Positions 58,100-64,000 of a stretch of 64,000 nt of DNA are shown piece after piece. This DNA is from Eledone cirrhosa. Lineage: Eukaryota. The notes beneath the pieces were generated by a model, which made no database searches, had not been told where the DNA came from, and saw only the letters and a program-made list of their open reading frames with translations. The stretch covers positions 22,940,001-23,004,000 of the forward strand of contig OZ024744.1 of assembly GCA_964016885.1 (NCBI GenBank). Direction: 5' to 3'. Numbering within the stretch: position 1 is the first letter of the stretch; each line of letters starts with the position of its first letter. A program made the position numbers and the translations under genes.

Positions 58100-61000
58100 A
58101 GATTCAACTGTTGTAAAAACTAGTTTCATCTTAAGATTCAACTGTTGTTAAAACTAGTCAGTTCTTAAGATTCAACTGTAGTTAAAACGAGTTTTATCTG
58201 AAGATTCAACTGTTGTTAAAACGAATCAGTTCTTAAGATTCAACTGTTGTTAAAATGAGTCAGCTCTTAAGATTCAACTGTTGTTAAAACGAGTTTTATC
58301 TTAAGATTCAACTGTTGTTAAAACGAGTCAGTTCTTAAGATTCAACTGTTGTTAAAACGAGTTTTATTTGAGGATTCAACTGTTGTTAAAACGAGTCAGT
58401 TCTTAAGGTTGAACTGTTGATAAAACGAGTCAGTTCTTAAGATTCAACTGTTGTTAAAACGAGTTTTATCTTAAGATTCAACTGTTGTTAAAACGAGTCA
58501 GTTCTGAAGAATCAACTGTTGTTAAAACGAGTTTTATTTGAAGATTCAACTGTTGTTAAAACGAGTTTTATCTTAAGATTCAGCTGTTGTTAAAACGAGT
58601 CAGTTCTTAAGATTCAACTGTTGTTAAAACGAATTTTATCTTAAGATTCAACTGTTGTTAAAACGAGTTTTATCTTAAGATTCAGCTGTTGTTAAAACGA
58701 ATCAGTTATTAAGATTCAACTGTTGTTAAAACGAGTTTTATTTGAAGATTCAACTGTTGTAAAACGAGTTTTATCTTAAGATTCAGCTGTTGTTAAAACG
58801 AGTCAGTTCTTAAGATTCAACTGTTGTTAAAACGAGTTTTATCTGAAGATTCAACTGTTGTTAAAACGAATCAGTTCTTAAGATTCAACTGTTGTTAAAA
58901 TGAGTCAGTTCTTAAGATTCAACTGTTGTTAAAACGAGTTTTATCTTAAGATTCAACTGTTGTTAAAACGAGTCAGGTCTTAAGGTTGAACTGTTGTTAA
59001 AACGAGTCAGTTCTTAAGATTCAACCGTTGTTAAAACGAGTTTTATCTTAAGATTCAACTGTTGTTAAAACGAGTCAGTTCTTAAGATTCAACTGTTGTT
59101 AAAGCGAGTTTTATTTGAAGATTCAACTGTTGTTAAAACGAGTCAGTGCTTAAGGTTGAACTGTTGATAAAACGAGTCAGTTCTTAAGATTCAACTGTTG
59201 TTAAAACGAGTTTTATCTTAATATTCAGCTGTTGTTAAAACGAGTCGGTTCTTAAGATTCAACTGTTGTTAAAACGAATTTTATCTTAAGATTCAACTGT
59301 TGTTAAAACGAGTTTTATCTTAAGATTCAGCTGTTGTTAAAACGAATCAGTTCTTAAGATTCAACTGTTGTTAAAACGAATTTTATTTGAAGATTCAACT
59401 GTTGTTAAGATGAGTCAGTTCTTAAGGTTGAACTGTTGATAAAACGAGTCAGTTCTTAAGATTCAACTGTTGTTAAAACGAGTTTATCTTAAGATTTAGC
59501 TGTTGTTAAAACGAGTCAGTTCTTAAGATTCAACTGTTGTTAAAACGAGTTTATCTTAAAATTCAGCCGTTGTTAAAACGAGTCAGTTCTTAAGATTCAA
59601 CTGTTGTTAAAACGAGTTTTATCTTAAGATTCAACTGTTGTTAAAATGAGTCAGTTCTTAAGATTCAACTGTTGTTAAAACGAGTTTTATTTGAGGATTC
59701 AACTGTTGTTAAAACGAGTCAGTTCTTAAGGTTGAACTGTTGATAAAACGAGTCAGTTCTTAAGATTCAACTGTTGTTAAAACGAGTTTTATCTAAAGAT
59801 TCAGCTGTTGTTAAAATGAGTCAGTTCTTAAGATTCAACTGTTGTTAAAACGAGTTTTATCTTAAGATTCAACTGTTGTTAAAACGAGTCAGTTCTGAAG
59901 AATCAACTGTTGTTAAAACGAGTTTTATTTGAAGATTCAACTGTTGTTAAAACGAGTCAGTGCTTAAGGTTGAACTGTTGATAAAACGAGTCAGTTCTTA
60001 AGATTCAACTGTTGTTAAAACGAGTTTTATCTTAAGATTCAGCTGTTGTTAAAACGAGTCAGTTCTTAAGATTCAACTGTTGTTAAAACGAATTTTATCT
60101 TAAGATTCAACAGTTGTTAAAACGAGTTTTATCTTAAGATTCAGCTGTTGTTAAAACGAATCAGTTCTTAAGATTCAACTGTTGTTAAAACGAGTTTTAT
60201 CTTAAGATTCAACTGTTGTTAAAACGAGTCAGTTCTTAAGGTTGAACTGATGTTAAAACGAGTCAGTTCTTAAGATTCAACTGTTGTTAAAACGAGTTTT
60301 ATCTTAAGATTCAACTGTTGTTAAAATGAGTCAGTTCTTAAGATTCAACTGTTGTTAAAACGAGTTTTATCTTAAGATTCAACTGTTGTTAAAACGAGTC
60401 AGTTCTTCAGATTCAACTGTTGTTAAAACGAGTTTTATTTGAAGATTCAACTGTTGTTAAAACGAGTCAGTGCTTAAGGTTGAACTGTTGATAAAACGAG
60501 TCAGTTCTTAAGATTCAACTGTTGTTAAAAAGAGTTTTATCTTAAGATTCAGCTGTTGTTAAAACGAGTCAGTTCTTAAGATTCAACTGTTGTTAAAACG
60601 AATTTTATCTTAAGATTCAACTGTTGTTAAAACGAGTTTTATCTTAAGATTCAGCTGTTGTTAAGATGTGTCAGTTCTTAAGGTTGAACTGTTCATAAAA
60701 CGAGTCAGTTCTTAAGATTCAACTGTTGTTAAAACGAGTTTTATCTTAAGATTTAGCTGTTGTTAAAACGAGTTAGTTCTTAAGATTCAACTGTTGTTAA
60801 AACGAGTTTATCTTAAAATTCAGCCGTTGTTAAAACGAGTCAGTTCTTAAGATTCAACTGTTGTTAAAACGAGTTTTATCTTAAGATTCAACTGTTGTTA
60901 AAACGAGTTTTATCTTAAGATTCAGCTGTTGTTAAAACGAGTCAGTTCTTAAGATTCAACTGTTGTTAAAACGAATTTTATCTTAAGATTCAACTGTTGT

Positions 61001-64000
61001 TAAAACGAGTTTTATCTTAAGATTACGCTGTTGTTAAAACGAATCAGTTCTTAAGATTCAACTGTTGTTAAAACGAGTTTTATCTTAAGATTCAACTGTT
61101 GTTAAAACGAATCAGTTCTTAAGATTCAACTGTTGTTAAAACGAGTGTTATCTTAAGATTCATCTGTTGTTAAAACGAGTCAGTTCTGAAGAATCAACTG
61201 TTGTTAAAACGAGTTTTATTTGAAGATTCAACTGTTGTTAAAACGAGTCAGTGCTTAAGGTTGAACTGTTGATAAAACGAGTCAGTTCTTAAGATTCAAC
61301 TGTTTTTAAAACGAGTTTTATCTTAAGATTCAGCTGTTGTTAAAACGAGTCAGTTCTTAAGATTCAACTGTTGTTAAAACGAATTTTATCTTAAGATTCA
61401 ACTGTTGTTAAAACGAGTTTTATCTTAAGATTCAGCTGTTGTTAAAACGAATCAGTTCTTAAGATTCAACTGTTGTTAAAACGAGTTTTATTTGAGGATT
61501 CAACTGTTGTTAAAACGAGTCAGTTCTTAAGGTTGAACTCTTGATAAAACGAGTCAGTTCTTAAGATTCAACTGTTGTAAAACGAGTTTTATCTTAAGAT
61601 TCAGCTGTTGTTAAAACGAGTCAGTTCTTAAGATTCAACTATTGTTAAAACGAGATTTATCTTAAGATTCAACTGTTGTTAAAACGAATCAGTTCTTAAG
61701 ATTCAACTGTTGTTAAAATGAGTCAGTTCTTAAGATTCAACTGTTGTAAAAACTAGTTTCATCTTAAGATTCAACTGTTGTTAAAACTAGTCAGTTCTTA
61801 AGATTCAACTGTAGTTAAAACGAGTTTTATCTGAAGATTCAACTGTTGTTAAAACGAATCAGTTCTTAAGATTCAACTGTTGTTAAAATGAGTCAGCTCT
61901 TAAGATTCAACTGTTGTTAAAACGAGTTTTATCTTAAGATTCAACTGTTGTTAAAACGAATCAGTTCTTAAGATTCAACTGTTTTTAAAATGAGTCAGCT
62001 CTTAAGATTCAACTGTTGTTAAAACGAGTTTTATCTTAAGATTCAACTGTTGTTAAAACGAGTCAGTTCTTAAGATTCAACTGTTGTTAAAACGAGTTTT
62101 ATTTGAGGATTCAACTGTTGTTAAAACGAGTCAGTTCTTAAGGTTGAACTGTTGATAAAACGAGTCAGTTCTTAAGATTCAACTGTTGTTAAAACGAGTT
62201 TTATCTTAAGATTCAACTGTTGTTAAAACGAGTCAGTTCTGAAGAATCAACTGTTGTTAAAACGAGTTTTATTTGAAGATTCAACTGTTGTTAAAACGAG
62301 TTTTATCTTAAGATTCAGCTGTTGTTAAAAAGAGTCAGTTCTTAAGATTCAACTGTTGTTAAAACGAATTTTATCTTAAGATTCAACTGTTGTTAAAACG
62401 AGTTTTATCTTAAGATTCAGCTGTTGTTAAAACGAATCAGTTATTAAGATTCAACTGTTGTTAAAACGAGTTTTATTTGAAGATTCAACTGTTGTAAAAC
62501 GAGTTTTATCTTAAGATTCAGCTGTTGTTAAAACGAGTCAGTCCTTAAGATTCAACTGTTGTTAAAACGAGTTTTATCTTAAGATTCAACTGTTGTTAAA
62601 ACGAATCAGTTCTTAAGATTCAACTGTTGTTAAAATGAGTCAGTTCTTAAGATTCAACTGTTGTTAAAACGAGTTTTATCTTAAGATTCAACTGTTGTTA
62701 AAACGAGTCAGTTCTTAAGATTCAACTGTAGTTAAAACGAGTTTTATCTGAAGATTCAACTGTTGTTAAAACGAATCAGTTCTTAAGATTCAACTGTTGT
62801 TAAAATGAGTCAGTTCTTAAGATTCAACTGTTGTTAAAACGAGTTTTATCTTAAGATTCAACTGTTGTTAAAACGAGTCAGGTCTTAAGGTTGAACTGTT
62901 GTTAAAACGAGTCAGTTCTTAAGATTCAACCGTTGTTAAAACGAGTTTTATCTTAAGATTCAACTGTTGTTAAAACGAGTCAGTTCTTAAGATTCAACTG
63001 TTGTTAAAGCGAGTTTTATTTGAAGATTCAACTGTTGTTAAAACGAGTCAGTGCTTAAGGTTGAACTGTTGATAAAACGAGTCAGTTCTTAAGATTCAAC
63101 TGTTGTTAAAACGAGTTTTATCTTAATATTCAGCTGTTGTTAAAACGAGTCGGTTCTTAAGATTCAACTGTTGTTAAAACGAATTTTATCTTAAGATTCA
63201 ACTGTTGTTAAAACGAGTTTTATCTTAAGATTCAGCTGTTGTTAAAACGAATCAGTTCTTAAGATTCAACTGTTGTTAAAACGAATTTTATTTGAAGATT
63301 CAACTGTTGTTAAGATGAGTCAGTTCTTAAGGTTGAACTGTTGATAAAACGAGTCAGTTCTTAAGATTCAACTGTTGTTAAAACGAGTTTATCTTAAGAT
63401 TTAGCTGTTGTTAAAACGAGTCAGTTCTTAAGATTCAACTGTTGTTAAAACGAGTTTATCTTAAAATTCAGCCGTTGTTAAAACGAGTCAGTTCTTAAGA
63501 TTCAACTGTTGTTAAAACGAGTTTTATCTTAAGATTCAACTGTTGTTAAAATGAGTCAGTTCTTAAGATTCAACTGTTGTTAAAACGAGTTTTATTTGAG
63601 GATTCAACTGTTGTTAAAACGAGTCAGTTCTTAAGGTTGAACTGTTGATAAAACGAGTCAGTTCTTAAGATTCAACTGTTGTTAAAACGAGTTTTATCTA
63701 AAGATTCAGCTGTTGTTAAAATGAGTCAGTTCTTAAGATTCAACTGTTGTTAAAACGAGTTTTATCTAAAGATTCAACTGTTGTTGAAACGAGTCAGTTC
63801 TGAAGAATCAACTGTTGTTAAAACGAGTTTTATTTGAAGATTCAACTGTTGTTAAAACGAGTCAGTGCTTAAGGTTGAACTGTTGATAAAACGAGTCAGT
63901 TCTTAAGATTCAACTGTTGTTAAAACGAGTTTTATCTTAAGATTCAGCTGTTGTTAAAACGAGTCAGTTCTTAAGATTCAACTGTTGTTAAAACGAATTT
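58100..64000 (+). repeat. Duplicated block, offset 3,633-3,905 bp
   Basis: CTAGTTTCATC 58120/61753 has offset 3633. CAGGTCT 58974/62879 and CGGTTC 59246/63151 have offset 3905. The 272-bp difference is exactly 8 monomers. Confidence 0.85.

Larger units (their letters stand above)
1..64000. repeat. 34-bp monomer satellite DNA array (~1,880 copies; A/B monomer classes; AflII CTTAAG site in most monomers), running off both window edges
   Basis: Monomers start at 1, 35, 69, 103, 137 and so on. Consensus is ATTCAACTGTTGTTAAAACGAGT(CAGT/TTTA)TCTTAAG. The register is broken only by recurrent 33-bp monomers. I saw no non-repeat sequence and no orientation switch. Confidence 0.98.

Noticed and set aside
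1-64000. CRISPR array: the rotated B monomer GTTTTATCTTAAGATTCAACTGTTGTTAAAAC has GTTTTA...AAAAC ends like type II-A direct repeats, and AB alternation mimics a 32+36 bp repeat-spacer period
   Set aside because: The apparent spacers are copies of the same monomer. There are no unique spacers, leader or cas genes, and BB and AA adjacencies occur. A CRISPR finder hit here would be a false positive.
1-64000. Repetitive protein-coding ORF on either strand
   Set aside because: 34 is not a multiple of 3, and each monomer has TTAA twice (TAA on both strands) plus TGA on the minus strand. Frames therefore close within about 100 bp.
1-64000. A/B monomer order as a digital code or recorded information
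   Set aside because: The order is explained by nested duplication of a few cassettes. Complexity is low and nothing indicates templated acquisition.
1-64000. Plasmid or phage iterons, or a CcrM (GANTC) methylation-site array
   Set aside because: GANTC is frequent only because it is in the monomer. There is no rep gene or prokaryotic context, and iteron arrays are orders of magnitude shorter.
1-64000. Telomeric repeat or G-quadruplex array
   Set aside because: There are no G-runs. Heterogeneous monomers with higher-order structure do not fit telomerase-templated synthesis.
1-64000. Transposon insertion (e.g. piggyBac at TTAA), tRNA/5S/snRNA tandem genes, or an inversion
   Set aside because: I saw no non-monomer sequence, terminal repeats or strand switch. 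The unit is too short for these RNA genes and lacks their motifs.
1-64000. Pure sequencing artefact (rolling-circle concatemer)
   Set aside because: Ordered, linked variants shared at constant offsets up to 43 kb indicate real evolutionary structure. Individual duplications still need read validation.

Overview
The whole 64-kb window is one uninterrupted, head-to-tail, AT-rich (~29% GC) tandem array of a 34-bp monomer (~1,880 copies, all in one orientation). I found no unique sequence, ORF, RNA gene or mobile element. It most resembles eukaryotic satellite DNA (centromeric or pericentromeric type), but I do not recognise the family or organism. Two monomer classes differ at positions 24-27: A = ATTCAACTGTTGTTAAAACGAGT-CAGT-TCTTAAG and B = ATTCAACTGTTGTTAAAACGAGT-TTTA-TCTTAAG. 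They mostly alternate. Diagnostic SNPs show nested structure: a possible ancestral 17-mer, the 34-mer, an AB dimer, 7-10-mer cassettes, a variable ~24-25-mer (~0.8 kb) higher-order repeat, in-register 1-4 kb tandem duplications, and a ~40-kb-scale duplication (1-13.7 kb vs 38.6-56.9 kb). The B monomer superficially resembles a CRISPR repeat, but there are no spacers or cas genes. All offsets were counted by hand and block boundaries are approximate. I see no evidence here for a novel coding system.
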